Assembly: GCA_051294375.1 (NCBI GenBank) | Contig: JBJCIZ010000720.1 | Span: 1 to 8,404 of the forward strand | Length of the DNA: 8,404 bases | Reading direction: 5' to 3' | Origin: Paraspadella gotoi | Lineage: Eukaryota; Animalia; Chaetognatha | Shown here: in pieces, positions 8,168 through 8,404 of the stretch | How the letters are laid out: every line of letters begins with the position of its first letter | How positions within the stretch are numbered: position 1 is the first letter of the stretch | Notes under the pieces: generated by a model | Seen by the model: only the letters and a program-made list of their open reading frames with translations | What the model was told of the DNA's origin: nothing | The model's database searches: none | Made by a program: the position numbers and the translations under genes

Positions 8168-8404
8168 AGAAAAGTGATATTGAGACACGATAACACAAGA
8201 AATTTGGCTTTGAACGAGGACCTGATCGCGCATTAAATGATTAGGCGATGTAAAAATTTCGAGAGCGACTAGTAGCGACGACGAGCGATGAGTAGCGAAA
8301 AAAGCGAAAAACAGCGAAAACAGCCAAACCAGCTCTATTAAATAATAAATTTCACGATGAAAATACGAAAACTACGCCTTTGTTCCCCCAGATTTGGAAA
8401 GTTC
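8168..8404 (+). repeat. 237-bp direct repeat, copy 2 (runs off the right edge)
   Basis: Identical by eye to 6310-6546; begins right after the N gap. Confidence 0.92.

Overview
Very AT-rich eukaryotic DNA, probably from an invertebrate. The short AT-rich introns are compatible with a nematode, but the taxon cannot be determined from this window. I find no intact host gene, and the supplied ORFs are mostly spurious. The window is a mosaic of mobile-element remains. (1) A frameshifted Penelope-like (PLE) reverse-transcriptase fragment on the minus strand at 2-158, with motif B' and an atypical 'WYRKADD' motif C. (2) An oppositely oriented pseudo-LTR/3'-UTR-like segment carrying a minimal hammerhead ribozyme (552-592), AATAAA and a 34-nt poly(A). 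(3) Helitron/Helentron-type termini at 765-831 and 2269-2308 and an internal-type segment at 1230-1375. (4) A 2431-bp TA-flanked element with 24-bp terminal inverted repeats (3600-6030), containing decayed exon-like sequence and telomere-like TAACCC tracts. (5) A block starting TG at 6306 whose 237 bp from 6310 recur identically after a 25-N gap, either an LTR pair or an assembly overlap. All calls come from reading the sequence by eye; no searches were run.
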